DNA of 11,086 nucleotides from Dictyostelium discoideum (taxonomy: Eukaryota). The notes under the pieces were generated by a model. That model did not search any database. It had not been told where the DNA came from and was given only the letters and a program-made list of their open reading frames with translations. Below are positions 1 to 7,925 of this stretch, one piece after another (the first letter of the stretch is position 1; each line of letters begins with the position of its first letter). The stretch is taken from contig CH709148.1 in assembly GCA_000004695.1 (NCBI GenBank), forward strand, positions 1 through 11,086. The letters run 5' to 3'. Both the position numbers and the translations under genes were made by a program.

Positions 1-363
1 ATATCATACTATATATGTGTAAAGCAGTTCATCTTCTTCATCGTTAATTAATTCTTTACTAGAATTTAATATCTTTGGACGATTGAATATGTTTACAGTA
101 TAGTTTTTATCTTGAACATTTGTTAACTCTGTTGGAGTATTAAATTCAATCTTCTGTGGTTTATACTTCATCTCTGATTCAACAGCTTTTGGAATTGGAA
201 CGGTTGTATCAGGAACTAGTTTTATACCATATGAGTCTTTGACGTATTCTTTAAGTTTGTTGATGTTTTTATGAACATCATGTTGCTGGCTTTGTTGATG
301 TAACTGTTTAACAATGTTTTGATTATAAAAAGAGTTAAGAGTATAAAGTGAATCTTTGTTCAC
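1..363 (-). CDS. pro (retropepsin) N-terminal region, partial; same frame as the NC ORF after a single TGA
   Basis: AVESEMKYKPQKIEFNTPTELTNVQDKNYTVNIFNRPKILNS is shared with ORF 9297-9755, which continues to the protease active-site DTG (in LILDTGSNV). 714 and 363 are both 0 mod 3. Confidence 0.6.
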
Positions 364-453
364 TGGGTAATCATTATCCTCAAGGTGATGATATTGTGAA
401 ATTTTATAATTTTTATTTAAAATCTTTGACTTGGACTCATCACCTTCATCGAG

Positions 454-714
454 TCATTGTTGCTTTTTGGCTGATGGACCTGGATTGGCTTTGGCATCGA
501 CCGGATCAATTCTACATGTAGATGTGGAGTGATTTGATTTACCACAATTGAGACAGTAGCCTTTGCTCTGACGGTAAACGATGAAACTGCTTCTTATCTT
601 TTTGAGGTCTACCTTAGAGTCTTTTCTTATTTCAGGTAATATTGCAGCTCTAATCTTATCAGCTTGAGCATCAAAGGAATTCCTGTTATTGAGAGTTATG
701 ATTTGGAGTAGCAT
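454..714 (-). CDS. gag nucleocapsid segment with CCHC zinc knuckle (CLNCGKSNHSTSTC = C-X2-C-X4-H-X4-C)
   Basis: The zinc-knuckle motif is read directly from the ORF translation. It is in a different frame from the capsid ORF and overlaps it over 686-714, implying a frameshift or degeneration. It ends with TGA at plus 454-456. Confidence 0.75.
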   Translation of the reverse strand: MLLQIITLNNRNSFDAQADKIRAAILPEIRKDSKVDLKKIRSSFIVYRQSKGYCLNCGKSNHSTSTCRIDPVDAKANPGPSAKKQQ

Positions 715-1246
715 GATTCTTTTTTAATGGAAACTTCTCATCATTATTCGATGCGGAATCGGAAGGTCTTCTTCTCGAGAACTTATCAGCATTGTTAAGA
801 ACCAACTCGGTGATGGTTTCACGACATTCGGTGATATCGGTTTGAGTGTTGAGTTTGATTGCAATATCAGTTTGTAACCAGTCTGGTACAACCATCTTTA
901 ACAAAGCAAGGATATTATTATCTAAAATTGATCTTAGATACTCTAATTGAACTTCAGCAGTACCATGGATGAGATACACCGGATTAATTACATTGTGGTA
1001 ACTCATAATGGCTTCGATGTTTTTTATAACATCTTGGGCTGAGTAGCAATTACGATGGTTAATAGCTTCGACTACTTTAGTGTTGGCAGCTTCGTAGTCA
1101 GTTTTGAATGGAACCAAAGTCTTGGATCTAAAGTTACGGTGTATAAGCTTCTTCCAATGTTTCACCTTCAATTTTATCGTTGTTCTTAACTGATTCATTG
1201 TGGGTAGGTTGAAGCAATTGAAATAATTCATTTGATGCAGCACCAT
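686..1246 (-). CDS. gag capsid-like central segment (same frame as 1274-1624, separated from it by one TGA codon)
   Basis: ORF track. Frame arithmetic: 1624 and 1246 are both 1 mod 3. A diverged copy lies at 4110-4563. Confidence 0.55.
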   Translation of the reverse strand: MVLHQMNYFNCFNLPTMNQLRTTIKLKVKHWKKLIHRNFRSKTLVPFKTDYEAANTKVVEAINHRNCYSAQDVIKNIEAIMSYHNVINPVYLIHGTAEVQLEYLRSILDNNILALLKMVVPDWLQTDIAIKLNTQTDITECRETITELVLNNADKFSRRRPSDSASNNDEKFPLKKNHATPNHNSQ

Positions 1247-1273
1247 TGTCCATAAGTGGTCTTCAAGGTTGGT

Positions 1274-1624
1274 TCAACACCATTCTGGGAGCAGTGGATG
1301 GTAGAAGAGATTCATGAGAGAGTGACAGCAGGTGGCAGCATTTTTTAAAGCGTCAATGGTTTTAGCTTCAATGGAATTGGTCTTTGATTTCTTTGGCACT
1401 TTCTCTCTGACTTCGACGTCGGATACATCAGTGCTTTCAGTTGAATAAATTTCATCATCAACTTCAGTGGGACGAAGAGTCTTTTTTGATTTTACTTGAA
1501 CAGTAATAGCATCATCGGAGGCGGTTGTCACTTCAGCGGCACGTTTGGCGGTGGAAGACACTTTGGCTTTACGGATGGCTTTCTTTGAAGGAGTAGTAGT
1601 TGATGACATGACTTTCACCAACAA
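1274..1624 (-). CDS. gag N-terminal segment (likely true start MSSTTTPSKK...), terminated by in-frame TGA
   Basis: ORF track. Basic/acidic low-complexity N-terminus typical of retroelement Gag. The stop at plus 1274-1276 is TGA, and the next ORF is in the same frame. Confidence 0.55.
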   Translation of the reverse strand: MLVKVMSSTTTPSKKAIRKAKVSSTAKRAAEVTTASDDAITVQVKSKKTLRPTEVDDEIYSTESTDVSDVEVREKVPKKSKTNSIEAKTIDALKNAATCCHSLMNLFYHPLLPEWC

Positions 1625-1640
1625 TTATATATAAAATTTA

Positions 1641-2300
1641 TTAAATATAATTTAATTTTATAATTTAATTTTTTAATTTAATTTACATAATTTAATTATA
1701 TAATTTAATTTAATTTATTTAATTTAATTTAATTTAATTTTTAATTAAATAATTAAATATAAGTATTAATATATGTTAACTGTTATTCCACTAATATATT
1801 TTTATTGTGGTGTCTTTATATTATTTAATTGATAATAAATATTATCTTAAATTATTTTAATTATAACAATGCATCAATATAACTGTTATTCCACTAATAA
1901 TTTATATTGTGGTGTCTTTATTTAACTGTTATTCCACTAATAATTTATATTGTGGTGTCTTTTTTAACTGTTATTCCACTAATAATTTATATTGTGGTGT
2001 CTTTATTTAACTGTTATTCCACTAATAATTTATATTGTGGTGTCTTTGTATTTGAGCATTATTATTAAATTAATTGATACAATCTTGTTTTATATTACTT
2101 TATAAAAGATGCATGTTTACAATGTGAGTAGGAAGTGTCGTTGTACCGCCTAAGCAGTACAGCGTTAATCTTGCAAACAGAAGGGCCATTGTAATGCATT
2201 TTTATTTTGTTTTAAATACTACTGTTATTCCTCTAATCTGAAGAGTCGACTTCTTCATCATGAGGTGTCATTGTATACGAAATATAAGGATTGTATCTAA
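1641..2300 (-). repeat. Putative LTR / upstream non-coding region of the Skipper-like element, internally repetitive
   Basis: Lies immediately 5' (on the minus strand) of the candidate PBS and gag start. Contains (AATTT)n-like low complexity at 1625-1780, a 43-bp tandem array, and diverged partial units at 1778-1822 and 2219-2280. Boundaries are not determined. Confidence 0.3.
1881..2051. repeat. Tandem array, 4 units of 42-43 bp (AACTGTTATTCCACTAATAATTTATATTGTGGTGTCTTTATTT)
   Basis: Direct reading: units start at 1881, 1924, 1966 and 2009 with only 1-3 substitutions. A diverged fifth unit lies at 1778-1822 and a half-unit relative at 2219-2280. Confidence 0.85.
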
Positions 2301-2952
2301 TTATTTGTTTTAATGTATTTGTTTTATGTTAAAATTAGAAAAAAAAAGTGTAAAAGTCACTCACACTAATCTTCAATCCATTGTTCAATCTTTAATCAAA
2401 CAGTCCAATCTTTAAAGTAATGTTTTTTAATATGAAGGATAGAAAGAGTGAAAGACTAATATAATAAAAGTAAACATACATAAAAGAGATAATTAAAAGT
2501 AAGGGCGTTATGAAAACTAAACCAAAAATCAGAATTTTTATTATTTTTTTTAAATTTTAATTTAATTTTATTTTATTTAATTTAATTTTTTATTGTTCAA
2601 CTGAAAAAATAAAAAATTAAAAAAATAAAAATTAAAATTTAATGAAATATTTTTACATGGAGATGCGCGAATTTGTTACGTTGTTGAGCTCATACTAACT
2701 TTAAATTAATTTAGTTTTGAGTCTCTAACAACTATAAAAAGAAACTAGGTTTCTAATTCAAACTCAGTAATAAATATATACAAATAATAAAAACACGATA
2801 GGGCTACTGTCATCAATTAAATATATGTGTACATTTATTTCTTAAATAATTAATTTTAATAATAATAAAATAAATAAATTCAGTAATAATAAAACAATAA
2901 TTAAATTAATAATATAAATAACCAAATTTTATTAAAAAATTTTTTTTAAAGA

Positions 2953-2960
2953 ATGTCAAC

Positions 2961-2996
<36 letters not shown>

Positions 2997-3192
2997 TAAT
3001 AATAATGAAGATATTGATAACGATGAATTTCAACAACAGGATAGTGAGGAACAACAACAACAACCACAGGTATCAACATTCAATGAACAGCAACGTCAAA
3101 TAAGGGAACAGCAGCAGGTAATAGATAAACAAAATCAACTTCTTCAACAACACATTCAATTAATAAATCAACAATCTAATAACAAAATATAA
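2953..3192 (+). CDS. Small N/Q-rich ORF (79 aa: 15xAsn run, poly-Gln, coiled-coil-like QQ repeats); possible short gene or first exon
   Basis: ORF track. AT-rich upstream region with TATAAAAAG at about 2735. Codon usage (aat, caa) is typical of Dictyostelium. GTAA-type donor-like site at 3118. No recognisable domain. Confidence 0.35.
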
Positions 3193-3195
3193 AGA

Positions 3196-3699
3196 GATAT
3201 GGGATGCAAATCAAGTATTTAAGCACTTATCTACTATCAAAGTCATCCCCAAGTACACATACACTGCACTATTAAACAAGACACTTGTACTCTGTAAAAT
3301 GTTTGGTTTAGCATATCATCAGACTTGGTGAAGTGGTCTTTCAAAGGTCTCATTATTACTCCTGACTCAATCAAAGGTCCAGTTATTAATTGTAATATCA
3401 ACACTCTCAAAGTCAGGCATTGATATTGTCAAGTTCAAATCTCACTCTACCCGTTTCGCTATGGCTTCTCTGCTGTTGTCCAATAACGTTCTGTTTCACG
3501 TTGTCAGAAGATGGATCGTTGGAAATAAAATGATACTGTAGAGACCTTCTCCGAAAAAAGAATCATTGGTGAAAAATCTGGTGGTTTCTTAAATACTGTC
3601 GTCCAAATTTCATAATATATATATATATATGATAATATAAATTAAAAATTTAATTTATTAAATTATATTTTATATTAAATATATATATATATTAGTCCC
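3196..3699 (+). other. Unassigned GC-richer non-coding stretch immediately inside an ITR copy; possibly the degenerate 3' internal end of a DIRS-1-like element
   Basis: Only short frameshifted ORF pieces on the plus strand (about 40 aa each). Position directly adjacent to the inner end of the 3700-4035 ITR copy. No direct homology visible within the window. Confidence 0.2.
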
Positions 3700-4035
3700 A
3701 TCCCACCCGCCCTTAGTCGGAATTCCATAAATCATATTGTTTTAGTTTTTAGTGCCACTATTTATACGTTTTTATTTTCTTAAAAATTTCGCAAAACTCA
3801 AAAAAATAAGTGTTTTCGACCCTTCACAAATTTCGTGCATAGTGTCGGTTCGGAATTTTTATGTTTTTGGACCTTGTGCAATGATAGCGTCATTGTGCCG
3901 GTTCGAAATTTTTACTTTTCTTTCGAAAATTTTTTATTCTTCGAATGTTCTAGAACATTCTAAAAAATTATCTTAAATATTTGGGAAATTCAAATAAATA
4001 AATGTTATTCATAATATATATATATAATTAATATA
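3700..4035 (-). mobile_element. DIRS-1-like inverted terminal repeat copy (right-ITR-type inner end), outer end at about 4035
   Basis: Reverse-complement match to 10006-10390 over about 300 bp and direct match to 9121-9344. Contains tandem nGAAnnTTCn heat-shock-element units. The outer end carries a (TA)n run. Confidence 0.6.
3937..3960. promoter_or_regulatory. Heat-shock element (TTCTTCGAATGTTCTAGAACATTC; 4-5 contiguous alternating GAA/TTC units) inside the ITR
   Basis: Direct reading. The same element is at 9325-9344 and 10067-10092. DIRS-1 ITRs are known heat-shock promoters. Confidence 0.65.
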
Positions 4036-4109
4036 AATTCGTTTTTCAATAATCAACAGTAGTCTCTGATTTCACGGGAAACTTCTCATCTTTTTCAGAT
4101 CTGAATCAC

Positions 4110-4563
4110 TTATTAATTCCGGCAATATTGCATCTATAATCTGATCAGCTTGAGCATTTAATGAATTCCTACAATGAGGGTTATTTGGAACATCATGATT
4201 CTTTTTCATTGGAAACTTCTCAGCAGTATTAGATGCCGAATCTGAAGGTCTTCTTCTTGATAACTTGTCAGCATTGTTAAGGACAGTCTGGTAAAACCAT
4301 CTTTAGCAAAGAAAGGTTACTACTATCTAAAATTGATCTTATATACTCTAATTAAACATCAGCTGTATCATGGATGAGATACACCTGATTAACTAACTCA
4401 TAATGGATTCGATGTTTTTTAGGACGAGTAGCAGTTACGATTGCTAATAGCGTCCACTTCTTTAATGTTGGCAGCTTCGTAGTTTTGACATGGACCAAAG
4501 TTTAAAGTTAAAGTGGATAAGCTTCTTCAAAGTTTTACCTTCAATTTTATCGTTGTTATTAAC
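4110..4563 (-). pseudogene. Degenerate, internally deleted copy of the Skipper-like gag capsid region
   Basis: Collinear DNA similarity to 610-1195 with several deletions and many substitutions; no intact ORF. Confidence 0.6.
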
Positions 4564-4786
4564 TTAAAAATCAAAAAGTTTAAACCTCGTCATCTGGATT
4601 GGCTAAAACAGGTTCAAATAATGGAGATGGTACCCAAAAACACCCATTTAGGTTGGGTTCTTAGTTATCGTTAGAGAATACAATTATTCGAGACGATCCA
4701 AATAATTAGTTTCATAAATTGGTCAAAATCAATTCATAATATAATAAAGGTAATGTGGGGAAAAAATCTATTTGATTTTTCCAAAA

Positions 4787-5069
4787 CTATACCATATTAA
4801 GATGGTAAGTGGAAGTAATGTTAGTCTAATCAAAAAGAGGTTGATTTCAAAAGAGATGAAGAACCACTTTCACAAAATCAAAGCCAAGGTTGAATTCCCG
4901 CTACTAGACGTCAAATAAGAGTTTGTTGAACAAATCAATATACAAGTTAACAATGAAATTCATAGCTTCTTTATAAAAGAATTGGATATCATTTATGTAC
5001 TTTTCGGTAATGAAATACTTAAGGACTCTATCATTAACCAAAAAGATAAAATAATCAAGTTGGATAATA
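4787..5069 (+). pseudogene. Skipper-like protease (pro) fragment on the plus strand, truncated at 5069 by the TIR element
   Basis: 4811-4867 is about 93% identical to the reverse complement of 9351-9407. The translation ...GSNVSLIKKRLISKEMKNH... then *EFVEQINIQVNNEIHSFFIKELDIIYVLFGNEILKDS contains a retropepsin hhG-x-(D/N)-x-L-like motif. One in-frame TAA at 4916 and a degenerate DTG region. Confidence 0.55.
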
Positions 5070-5815
5070 CACAGCTAAGAAAAATGCACCTTTAAAGCAA
5101 ATTTAAAGCAAAGTTGATTTAAATTGGATTTAAATTGAATTTAAAGCCGCGTTTAAAAAATTCATTTTTAAGGTAATTTTTAAGGTAATTTTTAAGATAT
5201 TTAAAAATGCCTTTAAAATTTGCTTTAAATTAAATTTTTAAGCAATTTTAAAGGTGATTTTAAAGGTAATTTTAAAGGTGATTTTTAAGGTAATTTTTAA
5301 GATAATTTTTAAGATATTTAAAAATACCTTTAAAATTTATTTTAAATTAATTTTAAATAGGATTTAAAGTAGATTTAAAGTAGATTTAAAGTGAATTTAA
5401 ATTTCCTTTAAACATAAATTTAAGGTTTTTAATAAAAAAGATCTAATTTTAGAACAAAAAAATGGGGATAAAATATTCTATCATTTTTAAATTTTTCATC
5501 AAAGCAATCAAATGGTGTAATGGTTGATGAGACTATCCTTTGATAGAGGGTCGGGGGATCGAATCCCTTTTGGTAATTTTTGAAAAATTAAAAAAAAAAT
5601 TTAAAAAATTTATCCGTTAAATAACGGCTTCGAACTCAGGACCTCGCTTTTAAAGCGATTAAAAAGGTAATTTTAAAGGTAATTTTAAAGGTAATTTTAA
5701 AGTAACCTTAAAAATTACCTTTAAAATTACCTTTAAAATTGCTTTAATTCAGGACTTTAAAGCAAATTTAAATTTAATTTAAAGCGAATTTAAAGGTGGT
5801 TTTTTCTTCGCTGTG
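5070..5815 (+). mobile_element. Unclassified non-autonomous TIR element, copy A (746 bp), with subterminal GGTAATTTTAAA / ATTTAAAG repeats and a central tRNA-like module
   Basis: Terminal inverted repeats: CACAGCTAAGAAAAATGCACCTTTAAAG versus the reverse complement of the end, CACAGCGAAGAAAAAACCACCTTTAAAT. A 97-98% identical second copy at 6852-7610 has different flanks. The flanking dinucleotide TA is found on both sides. Confidence 0.5.
5505..5575 (+). other. tRNA-related pol III promoter-like module (box A TGGTGTAATGG at 5513-5523; box B GGGATCGAATCCC at 5555-5567); pseudo-tRNA, not foldable as a canonical cloverleaf
   Basis: Box A matches 9/11 and box B 10/11 of the consensus (TRGCNNAGTGG / GGTTCGANTCC), spaced about 43 bp apart. 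TGGTGTAATGGTT resembles the D-loop of Glu/Gln-type tRNAs. The acceptor and D stems do not pair. Confidence 0.3.
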
Positions 5816-5956
5816 TAGTTCGATCCAGAATAATTTTAAACAGTCAAATCAATTACATTGTAATGTAAAATCTCCATCAATTATTAATATTAATTAATAT
5901 TATCATTATATAGGGTATTATTATTATTAATATTATTTTAATATTTATAAAAAAGG

Positions 5957-6648
5957 CAACTAAATGACCGATTACTTTGAATCAATATCAATTATTGTTT
6001 GTAAATCACCAATAATTACACAATCATCCTCATCATCACTGAATGTGATGTATAAGTCATCAAGAAGCTCAATCATCAAACCTATAAAGCATTTGACCTC
6101 CTTTTGATCAAAAGGTGGTATATTATTGATGAGTTATACTTTCCCATTTTTGTAAGAATGAATTCTGATGATTCTTTATACTGATCATAGAGAAGCCAAA
6201 CGATGTGATTACTGAATACATGGATATCGCCACATTTTTTACAACTCTTGTTTCTATTTGAATATACTAATTTTGTCTGATACCAATCATATAAACAATT
6301 GAGTTAACACATATAAAGGTTTTATCTTCTTTGATATTGTTAAAATAACCCATCACACCATTGTACTGGTCTACATTCGAGATCAATTTACTCATCATAA
6401 ATGACCCTTTGGTGTCTTCAGATTTTGAAAGAATCACCACAAAGGCATTTTTTGGTTTGTGATGAGGAGGTTGTTGGGGACATAAATGATGAATGTGATG
6501 AAGTTGTTGAGGTAGTTGTTGAAGAGGATGTTGATATTGATGGTTTGGTTAGTGAAGATGTGGTAAATGTTGTTGTTGTGGTTTTTATTGTGGATTTCAA
6601 AAACTCTTCATTAATCAATTGGTTGTTTTCAACCAAAGGAATTAACAT
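5957..6648 (-). pseudogene. Degenerate minus-strand gene remnant: T/S-rich ORF (6648-6418) followed by frameshifted ORF pieces down to 5957
   Basis: ORF track 6418-6648 (M...TTTTTFTTSSLTKPSISTSSSTTTSTTSS...). Manual translation of 6417-5957 gives four contiguous open pieces in shifting frames (MMSKLISNVDQYNGVMGYF..., YIQIETRVVKNVAISMYSVITSF..., MIELLDDLYITFSDDEDDCVIIGDLQTIIDIDSK*). No domain recognised. Confidence 0.3.
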
Positions 6649-6680
6649 TTACAACTTCTTTTTATTCAATGTTTTTTGGA

Positions 6681-6717
6681 CAATAATAATGATAATAATT
6701 ATAATTATAATTATAAT

Positions 6718-6765
<48 letters not shown>

Positions 6766-6776
6766 TATTATTATTT
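6681..6776. repeat. (AAT/ATT)n microsatellite, about 30 units, preceded by (ATAATT)n
   Basis: Direct reading. It generates the poly-Ile run in the spurious plus-strand ORF 6401-6805. Confidence 0.9.
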
Positions 6777-6851
6777 ACCAAGTTTCAATCTCTTTTTATC
6801 TCTAATGTCTTTTTCTTCTTTTTCTTTTTCAATTTGTTTTCCAATTTGAAT

Positions 6852-7610
6852 CACAGCAAAGAAAAATGCACCTTTAAAGCAAATTTAAAGAAAAGTTGAT
6901 TTAAATTGGATTTAAATTGAATTTAAAGCCGCGTTTAAAAAATTCATTTTTAAGGTAATTTTTAAGGTAATTTTTAAGATATTTAAAAATGCCTTTAAAA
7001 TTTGCTTTAAAATAAATTTTTAAGCAATTTTAAAGGTGATTTTAAAGGTGATTTTAAAGGTGATTTTTAAGGTAATTTTTAAGATAATTTTTAAGATATT
7101 TAAAAATACCTTTAAAATTTATTTTAAATTAATTTTAAATAGGATTTAAAGTAGATTTAAAGTATATTTAAAGTGAATTTAAATTTCCTTTAAACATAAA
7201 TTTAAGGTTTTTAATAAAAAAGATCTAATTTTAGAACAAAAAAATGGGGATAAAATATTCTATCATTTTTAAATTTTTCATCAAAGCAATCAAATGGTTT
7301 AATGGTTGATGAGACTACCCTTTGATAGAGGGTCGGGGGATCGAATCCCTTTTGGTAATTTTTGAAAAATTAAAAAAAAAATTTTAAAAAATTTATCCGT
7401 TAAATAACGGCTTCGAACTCAGGACCTCGCTTTTAAAGCCATTAAAAAGGTAATTTTAAAGGTAATTTTAAAGGTAATTTTTAAGGTGATTTTAAAGTAA
7501 CCTTAAAAATTACCTTTAAAATTACCTTTAAAATTTTTTTAATTCAGGACTTTAAAGCAAATTTAAATTTAATTTAAAGCGAATTTAAAGGTGGTTTTTT
7601 CTTCGCTGTG
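6852..7610 (+). mobile_element. Unclassified non-autonomous TIR element, copy B (759 bp), direct orientation relative to copy A
   Basis: Collinear with 5070-5815. Differences are a few substitutions and one extra 13-bp subrepeat unit. TIRs are CACAGCAAAG...CTTCGCTGTG. The flanking dinucleotide AT is found on both sides. The tRNA-like module is at 7286-7356. Confidence 0.5.
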
Positions 7611-7619
7611 ATTTATCCT

Positions 7620-7925
7620 TGTCCAAAACATGTCTGCTACTGTTAACAATATTTAAGCCTCTAGTAGTTACTCTGCCTGAATCCTTTGATTTAAGAATGA
7701 AATCAATGGAGGATCAAATCAACAACATTTCCTTAGCCTTTACCATATTCATGAAAGAAACTATGTTCTCTTCAAATATGAACTCTCCTAGCCAACGTTC
7801 TCATGATGACTCTGACACCGAGAATGAAAAAAATAAAGAAAAAAGTAACAATGTCGATGTTCCAACTGACTATCAATTATCCTATTCCTTACTTGTTCAA
7901 GGTTTATTCGTCGAAAAAAGAATGT
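7620..7925 (+). pseudogene. 5' fragment of a DIRS-1-like ORF1, lacking its ITR and abutting TIR element copy B
   Basis: The translation ...ESFDLRMKSMEDQINNISLAFTIFMKETMFSSNMNSPSQRSHDDSDTENE...NNVDVPTDYQ is collinear with ORF 10436-10702. Homology ends at about 7925. Confidence 0.5.

Larger units (their letters stand above)
1..1640 (-). mobile_element. Internal 5' region of a Ty3/gypsy-type LTR retrotransposon (Skipper-like): 5' leader, gag, start of pro; element continues past the left edge
   Basis: On the minus strand the order is gag N-term (1624-1274), capsid-like (1246-686), CCHC knuckle (714-454), pro N-term (363-4). The same sequence recurs at 9591-9928 (about 95% identical), where the reading frame continues into a retropepsin LILDTGSNV motif. 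A candidate primer-binding site TGGTGAAAGTC lies immediately 5' of the gag ATG on the minus strand (plus 1606-1619). Confidence 0.75.

Noticed and set aside
1606-1619. Assigning the candidate PBS (TGGTGAAAGTC) to a specific primer tRNA
   Set aside because: The position is right for a primer-binding site, but I cannot match it from memory to a Dictyostelium tRNA 3' end; left as a candidate only.
1881-2051. CRISPR-like array
   Set aside because: Units are directly abutting with no spacers, and the context is an AT-rich eukaryotic retrotransposon; it is a simple tandem repeat.
3752-3976. 74-aa plus-strand ORF (MPLFIRFYFLKNF...)
   Set aside because: It lies wholly within the ITR/heat-shock-promoter repeat. 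The same pseudo-ORF appears at 9139-9441 because the repeat is copied there. Low-complexity F/L-rich translation of AT-rich non-coding DNA.
5527-5570. Hammerhead-ribozyme-like TGATGAG ... CGAA motif
   Set aside because: The conserved C of CUGAUGA is U here, CGAAAC is CGAAUC, and no helices I-III can be drawn; coincidence.
5505-5575. Functional tRNA gene (Glu/Gln-like)
   Set aside because: Box A and box B are present, but no acceptor stem or D stem can be paired and the anticodon arm is out of register. Kept only as a tRNA-derived module; the same applies to 7286-7356.
6401-6805. 134-aa plus-strand ORF with a 30-residue poly-Ile run
   Set aside because: The poly-Ile comes from the (AAT)n microsatellite read in the ATA/ATT frame. 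The remainder is antisense to the more plausible T/S-rich minus-strand ORF.
5068-7612. 2-bp target-site duplications (TA flanking copy A, AT flanking copy B)
   Set aside because: Two-base matches are expected by chance in DNA this AT-rich, and the two copies disagree (TA versus AT); not sufficient to assign a superfamily.
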